Positions 41,194-51,721 of a stretch of 64,000 bases of DNA are shown one piece after another. A model generated the notes under the pieces. It ran no database searches. It was not told the origin of the DNA and was given only the letters and a program-made list of their open reading frames with translations. Source of the stretch: Candidatus Aminicenantes bacterium (GTDB lineage: Bacteria > Acidobacteriota > Aminicenantia > UBA2199); NCBI GenBank assembly GCA_018262835.1, contig JADFDP010000002.1, forward strand, positions 34,873 through 98,872. The letters are read 5' to 3'. A program made the position numbers and the translations under genes. The first letter of the stretch is position 1; the number at the start of each line of letters is the position of its first letter.

Positions 41194-42719
41194 TTCAGTT
41201 GCAGGTCATACAGGAAAAATTTGCCCAGCGGGTCGGGCTGGATGTTGCCGAGTTTGCGGTTGAAGATGATGACCCGCTTGTCCTGGTACAGGGGGATGAC
41301 CAGACCGTCGGCGATGACGGTACGGTCGAGACTGCGGTACATGGCCAGGCGTTTTTGCGCGTCGCGTTCGCGCCGGGCCGCTGTCAAAAGGTCGCGCAAG
41401 TCCAGGCGCTGGTAGCCGGCGATATTGGCAAACCCCTGTTTTTGCAACTGCTCCGACAGCAAGGGGAACAGCATGCTGTCGGGATCGGGAAAATCGGCGA
41501 TCCAACCTGAATAAGCCAGGTCATAATCGGACCGCGCGATCCTTTGCGCATAAACCTGGGGGGCCAGGCGGGTGAGTTTCAGTTTGATGCCGATCTGTTT
41601 TAGGTTCTTGGCGTACATGGATAACAGCTGAAAAAGCAGTCCGTCGCTTTGCTGCAAAAGCATTTCCAGATGGATGCCGCGGTCCATTCCCTCTTTTTTC
41701 AGCAGGTCATGGGCTTTGGCCAGGGAAAATGCGATTGGTGGTTCATTGGGGGCACCGGTTAAAAGGCCTGTGGGCAGCAACGTATGGATGGGGAGCGTGT
41801 AATCCTGGAACACGAGTTTCAAGGTCCGGGGATCCCAGGCGTGTCCCAGCGCCAGGCGAACGGTTTTGCGGTTCAGAGGCGGCCTGTTGGCATTGAGTAC
41901 GGCGTACATTACCGAGAGGTATGGCGTGGTGATGACTGTGACCCATTCCTGTTTTTTATAGCTGACCAATTTGGATATCGAATATGAGTAAATAATGTCC
42001 AGCATGCCTTCCTTGAAGTAATTGTTCAGTATTTCACTCCGGGGCTCGATGGTGTCGATGTATTCATCCAGGCTCGGCCTGCCCCGCCAATATGACTTGT
42101 TGGCCGTCAGAACCAAGCGCTTGTTTTTCTGCCAGGAGCGCAGTTTAAAGGGCCCGGTTCCAACGGGCTTGCGTGCAAAATCGGCGCCGGCCTTTTGGGC
42201 GGCGATTGGGGAGACGATGGCGGCGCATTCTACGGTCAAAGTGGCCAGAAATGGGAAAAATGGTTCGGAGAGGATGAATTGCACCCGGTAGGTGTCGATT
42301 TTCCTGACTGCCTTCAAATAAGTGAAAATATCGGGGAACAGCGGGAAATCCCGCAGGCGGTTCGGGTTGGCCGGATCCATCTGCCGGAAGAAGGTGTATA
42401 CAACCGCGTCGGCGTCAAAAGGGCTGCCGTCGTGAAAGCGGATGCCGCGGCGCAACTGGAACGTCCAGGTCCTCCCGTCCGGGCTGGTTTCCCAGCTAGT
42501 GGCCAGGGAGGGTTCGATTCTCATGGTTCGCGGATTAAGGCGCACCAGAGTGTCAAAAATGTTGTCGACGTAAAAAGACGATGTGTCGTCCCAGGCCTTG
42601 GCGGGATCGATCGCGGCCGGCTCGTAGAGGCTGCCGGACCGCACCACTCGCTCGGCCAGCAGTGGGGCGGCCAGGACGAGCAGGGACAAGGCCGCGAGCG
42701 CCTTCCTTTTTATTTTCAT
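41190..42719 (-). CDS. Family 5 (DppA-like) solute-binding protein
   Basis: LATSW, LRRGIRFHDGSPFDADAV, PVGTGPF, GWIADFPDPD; signal peptide. Confidence 0.9.
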   Translation of the reverse strand: MKIKRKALAALSLLVLAAPLLAERVVRSGSLYEPAAIDPAKAWDDTSSFYVDNIFDTLVRLNPRTMRIEPSLATSWETSPDGRTWTFQLRRGIRFHDGSPFDADAVVYTFFRQMDPANPNRLRDFPLFPDIFTYLKAVRKIDTYRVQFILSEPFFPFLATLTVECAAIVSPIAAQKAGADFARKPVGTGPFKLRSWQKNKRLVLTANKSYWRGRPSLDEYIDTIEPRSEILNNYFKEGMLDIIYSYSISKLVSYKKQEWVTVITTPYLSVMYAVLNANRPPLNRKTVRLALGHAWDPRTLKLVFQDYTLPIHTLLPTGLLTGAPNEPPIAFSLAKAHDLLKKEGMDRGIHLEMLLQQSDGLLFQLLSMYAKNLKQIGIKLKLTRLAPQVYAQRIARSDYDLAYSGWIADFPDPDSMLFPLLSEQLQKQGFANIAGYQRLDLRDLLTAARRERDAQKRLAMYRSLDRTVIADGLVIPLYQDKRVIIFNRKLGNIQPDPLGKFFLYDLQLK

Positions 42720-44218
42720 CGCTTTAACTCCTTTGTAACATCGCGGAACAGGATGTGTCCCAGTGGGGTGAACGCCAGTCCGTTGATTTTTTTGCTGCAG
42801 GCCATGGTTTCGATCAGGTGGAACAGGGGGATCCAGGGCACGTCTTTCTTCAGTATGGCCAGGGCATCCAGATAGATTTGGTTCCGTTCCCGCACGTTCA
42901 TAGTGGTCTTTCCCATGTCCAGCAGGCGGGTCAATTCGGTGTTTTCATAAAAAAAGCGGTTGCGGTTGCCGGCGGAGAAGGTGAACAGGGGATACAGGAA
43001 AAAATCGGGATCGGGGCCGGTCTTCCAGCCCATGATCAGGAGGTCATGCTCTCCGCGACCGGCAATCCTCACCAGTTCGGCGAAAGGAAGTTTGATCTTT
43101 TTTATGTTGATCTTGACCTTTTTGGCGTAGATGGCCAGAAGGTCGGCGATCTCTTCGATGCCTTCCTGGCCGTCGGCGAAATGCAGCGTGCAGTCGAAAC
43201 CGTTCTCCATGCCTCCATTTTTCAGCAGGATGCGAGCGACTCGCAGATTGAAGCTTCGCAGCGGGGCTGGCTCCCCGCCCGGATTGATCGGCAGCGGCAG
43301 GGGGGCATATGCCGGATCGGCCAGTTTCTGAAAGATCTGTTTGACCATATTTTCCTTGCTGACGATGTGCAGTAAAGCGGCCCGGATCTCTTTGCGGTCG
43401 AAGGGTTTTTTCTTGGTGTTGAACGCCAGGTAATGGGTGGATATCGACGGGTTGCTTAAAATGGCGATCTCGCTGCGGCGCGACAATTCCTCGTATTCCT
43501 TGGCCGATTGAATGGCGGTCATGTCGGCGCTGCCGTTCTTGATCTGCAGCAGCCGGCCCAGCGAATCGGGCATGACCTTGAATATGATTTTTCCCACGTT
43601 GCCCGTTCCCTCCCAGTAGTAGGGACTGCGGGTCAGGATCAGCGATTTGCCTTTCGACCAGCTGGAGAAGCGGAACGGTCCGGTGCCGACAGGGACGTAG
43701 GGAGCGGAGCTGCCGGCTGTGGGAGATTGGATGAATGCGGCCGAATCAGCCAGGGCGATAAGGAAGGGGGCATAAGGACGGTCGAGGGTGATATCCACGC
43801 TGTATGGATCGCTGCTGTGGATGCCGGTGATAAATGAAAAAAGGAAACTCAGCCTCTGGTAGGTGGTTTGCTGTTTTTTCAGCCGGCTCTGAAAAGAATA
43901 GAGGACGGCCCGGGCGTTGAAATGGCTGTTGTCATGGAATTTAACGCCGCGGCGCAGGACGAAGCTCCAACGCTTGCCGTTTTCTCTGACGCTCCACGAC
44001 GTAGCCAGGCAGGGCTCGATGGCGGTGGAATTCTTTTTAAAGCGAACCAGCCCTTCGAAGATATTGGCCGCGATCTCATTGGAGTAGACATCGTCGGCTT
44101 GCCAGGGATTGAGGACCAGGGCGTCAGTCGGGCGCAGGTAGATGATCGAATTTTGCTCCCTTGCGCACAAGCCATTCCCGGCAAGAAGAAAAGCCACCGC
44201 CAGAGTCACAATTTTCAT
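42716..44218 (-). CDS. Family 5 (DppA-like) solute-binding protein
   Basis: IFEGLV, LATSW, LRRGVKFHD, PVGTGPF, PDPD; signal peptide. Confidence 0.9.
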   Translation of the reverse strand: MKIVTLAVAFLLAGNGLCAREQNSIIYLRPTDALVLNPWQADDVYSNEIAANIFEGLVRFKKNSTAIEPCLATSWSVRENGKRWSFVLRRGVKFHDNSHFNARAVLYSFQSRLKKQQTTYQRLSFLFSFITGIHSSDPYSVDITLDRPYAPFLIALADSAAFIQSPTAGSSAPYVPVGTGPFRFSSWSKGKSLILTRSPYYWEGTGNVGKIIFKVMPDSLGRLLQIKNGSADMTAIQSAKEYEELSRRSEIAILSNPSISTHYLAFNTKKKPFDRKEIRAALLHIVSKENMVKQIFQKLADPAYAPLPLPINPGGEPAPLRSFNLRVARILLKNGGMENGFDCTLHFADGQEGIEEIADLLAIYAKKVKINIKKIKLPFAELVRIAGRGEHDLLIMGWKTGPDPDFFLYPLFTFSAGNRNRFFYENTELTRLLDMGKTTMNVRERNQIYLDALAILKKDVPWIPLFHLIETMACSKKINGLAFTPLGHILFRDVTKELKR

Positions 44219-44339
44219 TGTAATAATAATAATTCAATAAATGTTTTTTTTCAATACTGCCTGGTTCTGAATCCCATGAACTAAAAAACCCAAAGGGCAA
44301 TAACTATCTTTCTTCTTGCTCCATGGCGGGGATTCCCTG

Positions 44340-46097
44340 TCAGGAAAACAAGGGGAAATCAATAGTAAAAGCAGTTCCCATCCCGGGCGTGCTCTGCACT
44401 TCGATCTTGCCGCCATGCAGGCCGACGATATGCTTGACGATGGCCAGCCCCAGGCCGGTGCCGCCGGTCTGGCGCGAGCGGGCCTTGTCGGCCACGTAAA
44501 ATCGCTCGAAGAGGCGGGGCAGGTGTTCGGAGGCGATGCCGATGCCGCTGTCTCTGATCTCGATGAGTAGGCGGCCCCCGCGTCGGGGACCTTCAGGGCC
44601 GCCAGCAATCAAGAAGCGGATGGAGATGCCACCTTTTTCAGTGTACTTTACCGCATTGTCCATCAGGTTGATGAACATCTGCTCCAGGCGAAAAAGATCT
44701 CCCTGGAAGGAAATATCCCCAAGATTCTCAGGCAGATCGATAGCCAGGGTGAGCTGTTTTTCCCGGAGCTTTTTTTCAAACAAGCTGCGAATGCGGATCA
44801 GCATTTCCGGCCAGTTGATGGGTGTCATTTGTATATGGAGGCTTTTTTCCTCTAATTCGGAGAGGGTCAGTAGGTCGGCGGTCAGATTGATCAGGCGGTC
44901 AGTATGTCGGCGGATCACGTCCAGGTATTTCCGGGTATCCCCCGTCGCTTCTTCTGCCAGGGTTTCGCTGAAGCCCTTGATGGCGGTCAGCGGCGTGCGT
45001 AATTCATGGGAAACGTTGGCAATGAAGTCTTTTTTTACCTTCTCCAGTTGCCGGGACTCGCTGAGGTCATGGAAAGTGACCACGACACCTCCGGGGGCCG
45101 GCAACGGTGACAGAGAAACCAGGAAGGGGCGCTGGTTGATCTCGATCTCGGCATTGATGGTCTGTCCCAATCCGGTTTTTTTTACTAATTCATCGAAAGT
45201 GCTCTGACGCAGCACTTCCCAATAGGGCTTGCCCAGCGGCGCGGGTTCGCCGCTCAATCGGCAAAAACGCGGGCCGGCCCGGATGATCTTATCCCGGGCG
45301 TCGATGACAAGCAGGCCGTCGGAGACCGATGCCAGGATGGTTTCCAATTCCTGCCTGCTGGAACTCAATTCCTCGACCATCTGCTTCTGGCTGTCGACCA
45401 TGGCGTTGAAGTCGACGGTCAATTGGCCGACCTCGTCGCGGCGCCGTGTGCGGACATGGCTCTCCAATGTCCCGGAGGCGACCTGCCGCGCCGCCCGGGC
45501 CAGTTCGCGGATCGGCCGGGCCAGGTTCCGTGAAAGAAGGAAGGAAAAGAAAATGGAAAAGCCCAGCAGCCCCAGCAGCGCGGCGGTGATCTTCCATTGC
45601 CAGGGTGAAAGGACTTTATCGATCTCCCTGAAAAACATGCTCAGGCGCAGAACGGCGACCGTTTCGCCTTTGACCTGCAGCGGCCGGGCGAAATACAGCA
45701 TGTTCTCGCGCAGGGTGAAACTGTAGTGGATCGCGGAGCGCTTGCGCCCGGACAGGGCCGCGGCGATCTCGGGGCGGTCGGAATGGTTCTGCATCAGCCG
45801 CGGGTCCCTTTTGGAGTCGGCCAGCACGATGCCCCGGGGGTCGATCACGGTCAGGCGGGTCTGCGCCTGCAGGCCCTTTTCCTTGATGAAGCGACCCAGG
45901 GTGGCAGCGTCCATGGCCGACCATGATTGGGCCAGCTCGGCGCTCAACAGCATACCCAGCTTTTCCAGCGATTCTTCCTTGGAATGCATGTAAAATATCC
46001 TGATCTGGCCGCTGATCAGGAAATAGAAGGCCAGGGCGAGGAAAACGCTCAACAGGAAGAAGCCGGCGAAGAATTTCCAGAATATCCGCTTTTTCAT
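44340..46097 (-). CDS. phoR: Phosphate regulon sensor kinase
   Basis: NHSDRPE, HAMP, DFIANVSHELRTPLT, RLFERFY; follows phoU-phoB. Confidence 0.88.
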   Translation of the reverse strand: MKKRIFWKFFAGFFLLSVFLALAFYFLISGQIRIFYMHSKEESLEKLGMLLSAELAQSWSAMDAATLGRFIKEKGLQAQTRLTVIDPRGIVLADSKRDPRLMQNHSDRPEIAAALSGRKRSAIHYSFTLRENMLYFARPLQVKGETVAVLRLSMFFREIDKVLSPWQWKITAALLGLLGFSIFFSFLLSRNLARPIRELARAARQVASGTLESHVRTRRRDEVGQLTVDFNAMVDSQKQMVEELSSSRQELETILASVSDGLLVIDARDKIIRAGPRFCRLSGEPAPLGKPYWEVLRQSTFDELVKKTGLGQTINAEIEINQRPFLVSLSPLPAPGGVVVTFHDLSESRQLEKVKKDFIANVSHELRTPLTAIKGFSETLAEEATGDTRKYLDVIRRHTDRLINLTADLLTLSELEEKSLHIQMTPINWPEMLIRIRSLFEKKLREKQLTLAIDLPENLGDISFQGDLFRLEQMFINLMDNAVKYTEKGGISIRFLIAGGPEGPRRGGRLLIEIRDSGIGIASEHLPRLFERFYVADKARSRQTGGTGLGLAIVKHIVGLHGGKIEVQSTPGMGTAFTIDFPLFS

Positions 46098-46789
46098 GGC
46101 TCGATCTTGTAGCCCACGCCGCGGATATTCTTTATCAGGGCGCCGGCCGGCCCGAGCTTTTCCCTCAGGTGCCGGATATGGACGTCGATGGTGCGGTCGA
46201 TCACCGCCTTTTCGTCGCCCCAGAGCGCGTCGAGTATCTTTTCCCGGGTAAAGACCCAGCCGGGGTTGCGGCTGAGGATGAGCAGGATGGAAAATTCGGT
46301 GGAGGTCAGCTCGACGGCCCGGCCGTTGACCAGAGCATGGTGGCGCCCCTGGTCGATGGCCAGCATTTCGCCGACGCGGATCAGGTTTATATTTTGGGGG
46401 TCTGGCGCTGAACTCCGGCGCAGGACGGCCTTGATGCGGGCCACCAGTTCCGAGGGCGAGAACGGTTTGACCAGGTAGTCGTCGGCACCGAACTCCAGCC
46501 CCAGAACGATGTCCGGCTTTTCGCCCTTGGCGGTCAGGATCAGGATGGGCAAGGTGCTTGAGCGCTGTTCCCCTTTCAGCGATTTGCAGATTTCCAGTCC
46601 GTCGCCGTCTGGCAGCATCAGGTCAAGGACCAGCAGGTCTGGCAATTGCTTTCCCAGGTACTGCAGCAGCGGCCTGGCGGCGGCGAAAGATTTGACCATG
46701 AAGCCGGCCCGGGTGAGGTGCAGGGCGATCAATTCCAGGATATCGGGTTCATCGTCGACCACCGCGATGACCTTTTTTTGCGGAAGCAT
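46094..46789 (-). CDS. phoB: OmpR-family response regulator PhoB/PhoP
   Basis: VDDE, LDLMLP, KPFS, RTIDVHI, RGVGY; pst context. Confidence 0.88.
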   Translation of the reverse strand: MLPQKKVIAVVDDEPDILELIALHLTRAGFMVKSFAAARPLLQYLGKQLPDLLVLDLMLPDGDGLEICKSLKGEQRSSTLPILILTAKGEKPDIVLGLEFGADDYLVKPFSPSELVARIKAVLRRSSAPDPQNINLIRVGEMLAIDQGRHHALVNGRAVELTSTEFSILLILSRNPGWVFTREKILDALWGDEKAVIDRTIDVHIRHLREKLGPAGALIKNIRGVGYKIEP

Positions 46790-46862
46790 TGGTTTCTGGC
46801 TGCTCAAGAGATCAAGTTCCCCGGCACCCGGATGGCGATGGACCGGCCAAGGCGCCCGTGGT

Positions 46863-47525
46863 TCATTGGCTCTCCTGGCGGTGGCGGACAATGCTGCCCT
46901 CGATCATGTAGATGACGTCCTCGGCGATGTTGGTGGCGTGGTCGGCGATCCGTTCCAGATGCCGGCAGACGCGTAGGTATTCGACCAGCTGGTCGGTCTG
47001 CCCGGGATATTTTTTGATCTCATCCTTCAGATGGACGAAAAGGACATGGACCATCTCGTCGATCTCGTCATCGGAGGTGCGGACCTTGTGGGCCAGCCCG
47101 GCATCCAGCCGCACCAGTGCGTCCAGGCAATTGCGGAGCGTTTCCTGCACGCGGCCGCAAAGGGGGGCGAAGTCCACGGCTGAACCGGGCAGGGTAAGGG
47201 GCGAGATGCGCAGGGACCGCTCGGCGATGTTGACCGCTTCGTCGCCGATGCGCTCCAGGTCGTTGTTGATCTTCAGCACGGCGATGATGAAGCGCAGGTC
47301 TACGGCGACCGGCTGGTGCAGGGCCAGGATCTTCAGGCACTCCTCCTCGGTGTCGATCTCCCACTGGTCGGCAAGGTTGTCCGCCTCCAGTACCCGCCGG
47401 GCCAGTTCGGCGTCCTTGGCCTGGATGGAGCGGATGGCGTTGCCCAGGTTTTTTTCGATCATGTCCCCGTAGAGGATGATCTTTTTCTTCAGTTTCTCGA
47501 TCTCGTTCTGCAAATGGATGGCCAT
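46863..47525 (-). CDS. phoU: Phosphate signalling protein PhoU
   Basis: QPVAVDLR, DLERIGD, LERIADHATNIAE. Confidence 0.97.
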   Translation of the reverse strand: MAIHLQNEIEKLKKKIILYGDMIEKNLGNAIRSIQAKDAELARRVLEADNLADQWEIDTEEECLKILALHQPVAVDLRFIIAVLKINNDLERIGDEAVNIAERSLRISPLTLPGSAVDFAPLCGRVQETLRNCLDALVRLDAGLAHKVRTSDDEIDEMVHVLFVHLKDEIKKYPGQTDQLVEYLRVCRHLERIADHATNIAEDVIYMIEGSIVRHRQESQ

Positions 47526-47538
47526 CCAATCCTCCTGG

Positions 47539-48360
47539 TCAGCCGAAACGGCCGGTCATGTAATCCTCGGTCCGCTTCTCGCTCGGTTTGGTGAACATGC
47601 GGGCCGTCTGCCCGTATTCTATCAGGTTGCCTTCGTAAAGAAAAGCGGTGAAGTCGGAGACGCGAGCCGCCTGCTGCATGTTGTGGGTGACGATGATGAT
47701 GGTATAGCGGCCGCGCAGTTCGGCGATCAGGTCCTCGATGCGCGCCGTGGCCCGGGGATCCAAGGCCGAGGTCGGCTCATCCATGAGTAAAATCTCGGGG
47801 TCGACCGCCAAGGCCCTGGCGATGCACAGGCGCTGCTGCTGTCCCCCGGACAGGCTCAGGGCGTTGTCCTCCAGGCGGTCCTTGACCTCATCCCACAGCC
47901 CGGCCCGCTTCAGGCTGGACTCGACGGTCGCCAGGAGTTCTCCTTTATCCAGGTGGTTGTGCAGTCGCCGGCCATAGGCGATGTTGTTGAAGATGGATTT
48001 AGGGAAGGGGTTCGGCTTCTGGAAGACCATGCCGATGCGCCGGCGCAGGGTGACCACGTCGAGCCGTGGTCCGTAGATCTCCTGGCCGTCAAAAAGCATC
48101 TTGCCAGTCGTGCGGCTGCCGGGGATCAGGTCGTTCATGCGGTTGATCGAGCGCAGCAGCGTGCTCTTGCCGCAGCCGCTGGGGCCGATGATGGCCGTCA
48201 CCTGGTAGGAAGGGAAATCCTGTGTAACGTTCTTCACGGCCTGGTTGTCGCCGTAATAGAAGGAAAAATCCTGGCAGGCGATGTGGGCTTTCAGGCCGTT
48301 TTCATCCATTACTGCCGGGGATCGATCCATCTGGGTCGATAATAGTGTGGTTTGGACCAT
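47539..48360 (-). CDS. pstB: Phosphate ABC transporter ATPase
   Basis: [32 protein letters not shown]. Confidence 0.97.
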   Translation of the reverse strand: MVQTTLLSTQMDRSPAVMDENGLKAHIACQDFSFYYGDNQAVKNVTQDFPSYQVTAIIGPSGCGKSTLLRSINRMNDLIPGSRTTGKMLFDGQEIYGPRLDVVTLRRRIGMVFQKPNPFPKSIFNNIAYGRRLHNHLDKGELLATVESSLKRAGLWDEVKDRLEDNALSLSGGQQQRLCIARALAVDPEILLMDEPTSALDPRATARIEDLIAELRGRYTIIIVTHNMQQAARVSDFTAFLYEGNLIEYGQTARMFTKPSEKRTEDYMTGRFG

Positions 48361-48364
48361 GCGC

Positions 48365-49711
48365 TTATCCTCTCATTTTTTTGCTGATGCGGGCGCGGAT
48401 CAGGATGGCCGCCAGATTGAGCAGCAGCACCAGCAGCACCAGGGTCAGCACCATGCCGAACTGCACATGGCGGATCTCGTCGACCGCCTGGTGCTCGGTG
48501 GCCAGGTTGTAGATGTTCCAGGGCAGGGCCGGCGTGGGCTGGCTGATGGTTTCCCACAGCTTCAGCGGCTGGCCGACGCTGACCGCGGCGGTGAAGATGA
48601 TCGGCGCCGTCTCGCCGGCGGCGCGGCCCATGCTGATGATGATACCGGTCAGGATGCCGGGCAGGGCGGCGGGCAGCAGCACGGTCAGCACCATGCGCAG
48701 CGGGCTGGCCCCCAGGCTGAGCGCCGCCTCCTTGTAGGTGTGCGGCACCGCCTTGAGCGCTTCCTCGGAGGCGCGGATGATGGTGGGCAGGATCAGCAGC
48801 GCCAGGGTGGCCGAGCCGGCCAGCACGCTTTTGGAACTGGACAGGTGCAATGTGTTGATGAAGAAAGCCAGGCCGAACAGGCCGAAGACGATGCTGGGCA
48901 CGCCGGCCAGGGTGCTGATGCACACGCGTAGCAGGCTGACCAGCCGTCCGCCGGCGGCGAATTCGCTCAAGTAGATGGCGGCGATGATGCCGAAGGGGAT
49001 GGCCAGCAGCATGGCGCCCAGAGTCAGGTAGATCGTCCCGAGAATCTCCGGCCAGATGCCGCCGAAAAAATGGGAATCCAGGGAGAGGTCGGTCAGGAAG
49101 CGCCAATAAAATGTGAAGCGTGGCCTCAGCATCCTGGAGAGATTGTTTTCCATGTAAGGGAACATGGGGTCCAGCCGGGTACCGGCGAAGATTTTTTGGC
49201 GGGAGCGCAACACCTTTTTTCCCATGCTGCGGGTGTCGGAATAGTCCCACTCCTCGCTGTACAGAATCGCCTTGAGCTTGACCCGAGCGCGGTCCCAGCG
49301 CGTCTGGCCGTACTGCTGGCGCAGCATCACCGCTTCCATCTCGCCGGGCAGGGGGCCCAGCAGCTCGCGCAGCAGGCTTTTTATTTCCTTCAGTTGGGCG
49401 CGGTATCCCTGCCGCCGGGTGGAATCCATGCCGTCCAGTTCATCCTCGAAGGCGGACAGCATTTCATAGACCGGCCGGCGCGCCGCGCCGACGATCCGGA
49501 TTTCGCTGGCGACCGCCTGGGCATTGCCGCGGTTGAACTGCTCCAGCGCCAAGCGCCGGTGTTCGCTGGTGCCCCGGAAAAAGAAAGCGCCCAAACCGCG
49601 GGAGAAAATGGGTGCCAACAGCACCAACAGCGCCAGCGACATCAGAACGACGGCCATGATGCTGATGCTGGTCAGGGAGCGGTCGAAGAGTTTGCGTGCC
49701 TGCAGGTCCAT
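48365..49711 (-). CDS. pstA: Phosphate ABC permease PstA (extended periplasmic insert)
   Basis: [21 protein letters not shown]. Confidence 0.95.
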   Translation of the reverse strand: MDLQARKLFDRSLTSISIMAVVLMSLALLVLLAPIFSRGLGAFFFRGTSEHRRLALEQFNRGNAQAVASEIRIVGAARRPVYEMLSAFEDELDGMDSTRRQGYRAQLKEIKSLLRELLGPLPGEMEAVMLRQQYGQTRWDRARVKLKAILYSEEWDYSDTRSMGKKVLRSRQKIFAGTRLDPMFPYMENNLSRMLRPRFTFYWRFLTDLSLDSHFFGGIWPEILGTIYLTLGAMLLAIPFGIIAAIYLSEFAAGGRLVSLLRVCISTLAGVPSIVFGLFGLAFFINTLHLSSSKSVLAGSATLALLILPTIIRASEEALKAVPHTYKEAALSLGASPLRMVLTVLLPAALPGILTGIIISMGRAAGETAPIIFTAAVSVGQPLKLWETISQPTPALPWNIYNLATEHQAVDEIRHVQFGMVLTLVLLVLLLNLAAILIRARISKKMRG

Positions 49712-49712
49712 G

Positions 49713-50855
49713 TTATTTCAACCCGCCCAGCCGGCGTTGCTGGCGGCGCAGGATCCACTCGCTGGCCAGATTGGCGGCGAACGAGGTGAGCAGCAGGCAC
49801 AAAGCCAGGGCGAACAGCACATGGTAGCGGCCCGAGCCGAGCACCTGGTCGGCTTCCCCCATGTCGCCGGCGATGGTGGCGGTCAGGGTGCGCACCGGGC
49901 TGAGGAAATTAAACCATGGCGTCGGTATCTGGGCGGCATTGCCCGAGGCCATCCACACCACCATGGTCTCGCCTACGGCGCGCATCACTCCCAGGATGAC
50001 GGCGGCGATGATGCCGCTGCCGGCGGCGGGGATGATGACCTTGAACAGGGTTTCGGCCCGGGTGGCGCCCAGAGCGTAACTCCCTTCGCGCAACTCGCGT
50101 CCGGCCGCCTGCAGCGAATCCTCGGCCACGCTGACGATGGTGGGCAGGGCCATGATGCCCAGGATGATGGAGACGTTCAGGGCATTGGTGCCGCTGCCGA
50201 TCGCCACCTTGTTCAGTACGGCCGACAGCGCCAACAGCCCGCGGACCAGTATGGCGGTCAACGCGGCGGCGAGGATGAGGCGGGCCGCTTTGGCCACGTC
50301 CTCGCGGACAGAGCGCACCGCCATTTCACTGATCACGAAAATGATCAGCAGCCCCAGGGGCAGGGCGATGAGCCAGGCGGCCATCGACAGCAACGAGCCG
50401 CCGCGATTCTGCAGCAGCGGTGCGAAGATCACCAGGGCGAAGAAACCGTAGGCCACCGAGGGCAGGGCGGCCAGGATCTCGATGACCGGCTTGACCAGTT
50501 GTCTTACCCGGTAAGGCAGGATATCGCTCAGGGCGATGGCCGCCGCTATCCCCAAGGGGACCGCCACCAAGATGGATCCGAGGGTGACCAGGCCGCTGCC
50601 GATGAAGATGGCCAGGGCTCCGAATTCGGGGGGCTGGCCGCTGGGGAACCAGGCCGTGGAGGAAAAAAGCTCCTTAAGGCCGCGCAACTTAAAAAAAGGG
50701 ATGGCGTCGCGGGCGATATAGGCGATGATCAACAGCACGGCCACCAGCGACAAGGCGGTGGCCAGCAACAGGAAGCCTTGGGAAAAAAAGGCGGTCAGCC
50801 GCCGCAGGCGGCTGGCCGCTTCGCTCATTATAAGGTTGCGTTCGTCAGTTTTCAC
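49713..50855 (-). CDS. pstC: Phosphate ABC permease PstC
   Basis: LPSVAYG, RAVGETM, RTLTATIA. Confidence 0.95.
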   Translation of the reverse strand: MKTDERNLIMSEAASRLRRLTAFFSQGFLLLATALSLVAVLLIIAYIARDAIPFFKLRGLKELFSSTAWFPSGQPPEFGALAIFIGSGLVTLGSILVAVPLGIAAAIALSDILPYRVRQLVKPVIEILAALPSVAYGFFALVIFAPLLQNRGGSLLSMAAWLIALPLGLLIIFVISEMAVRSVREDVAKAARLILAAALTAILVRGLLALSAVLNKVAIGSGTNALNVSIILGIMALPTIVSVAEDSLQAAGRELREGSYALGATRAETLFKVIIPAAGSGIIAAVILGVMRAVGETMVVWMASGNAAQIPTPWFNFLSPVRTLTATIAGDMGEADQVLGSGRYHVLFALALCLLLTSFAANLASEWILRRQQRRLGGLK

Positions 50856-50871
50856 AGGTTGCCGCAGGGCA

Positions 50872-51696
50872 TCAATAGCTGGTGACCGGGATGAAGCCGA
50901 TCTCCTCGATCATGGTCTGGCCCTTCTTGGACAGGTAGAGATTGATGTAACGGTAGAGGTGCGAGCCCATCTTGGGATAGTCGTTGGTAACCATATACAG
51001 CGGACGGGCGATGGGGTAGCTGCCGTTCTTGACCGTCTCGGCGGAAGGGATGACATTGTCGATGGGCAGGGCCTTGACCGTACTGTCCAGAAAGCCGATG
51101 CCCACGTAGCCGAGGGCGGATGTGGTGCTCTGCACGCGCTGGCGGATCGCACCGTTGGAGCCCACGTATTCGCAGTTCTTGGCGATCTTCTCGCCCTTCA
51201 TCACCTTGCCCTCAAAGGTCTCGTAGGTGCCGCTGTTGGTGTCGCGCGAGATGATGACGATGGGGGCGTTGGGGCCGCCGAGCTGGCTCCAGTTCCTGAT
51301 CTTGCCCAGGTAGATGTCCTTGACCTGGGCCATGGACAGCTTGGCCACGGGGTTGCTGGGGTGGACGATCATGGCGATGCCGTCCAGGGCCACGACATGG
51401 ACCACGGGCAGGATCTCCGAGTGCACCGCGGCCTCGTACTCGTTCAGTTTCAGCAGCCGCGACATGGTGGCCACGTCGCACGATTTGTTGACCAGGCTCT
51501 TGGCGCCGTTGCCCGAGCCGGATTCGGACACGGTAATGTTGACGCCCGGGTTCTGCTTCATGTAGAACTCGGCGAAGGCCTTGGCGATGGGGCCCACGGT
51601 GGTGGAGCCGTCGGCCACGATCTTGCTGGAGTCGGCGGCGAAGCCGAGGCCGCCGGCCAGAAAGGCCAGGGTGAGAATAGCGGATAGGATCTTCAT
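50872..51696 (-). CDS. pstS: Phosphate-binding protein PstS
   Basis: GSTTV, GSGNG, RDTNSGT, YPIARPL; AAGGAG SD. Confidence 0.95.
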   Translation of the reverse strand: MKILSAILTLAFLAGGLGFAADSSKIVADGSTTVGPIAKAFAEFYMKQNPGVNITVSESGSGNGAKSLVNKSCDVATMSRLLKLNEYEAAVHSEILPVVHVVALDGIAMIVHPSNPVAKLSMAQVKDIYLGKIRNWSQLGGPNAPIVIISRDTNSGTYETFEGKVMKGEKIAKNCEYVGSNGAIRQRVQSTTSALGYVGIGFLDSTVKALPIDNVIPSAETVKNGSYPIARPLYMVTNDYPKMGSHLYRYINLYLSKKGQTMIEEIGFIPVTSY

Positions 51697-51721
51697 GTTT
51701 TTCTCCTTAATCTTAACTATC

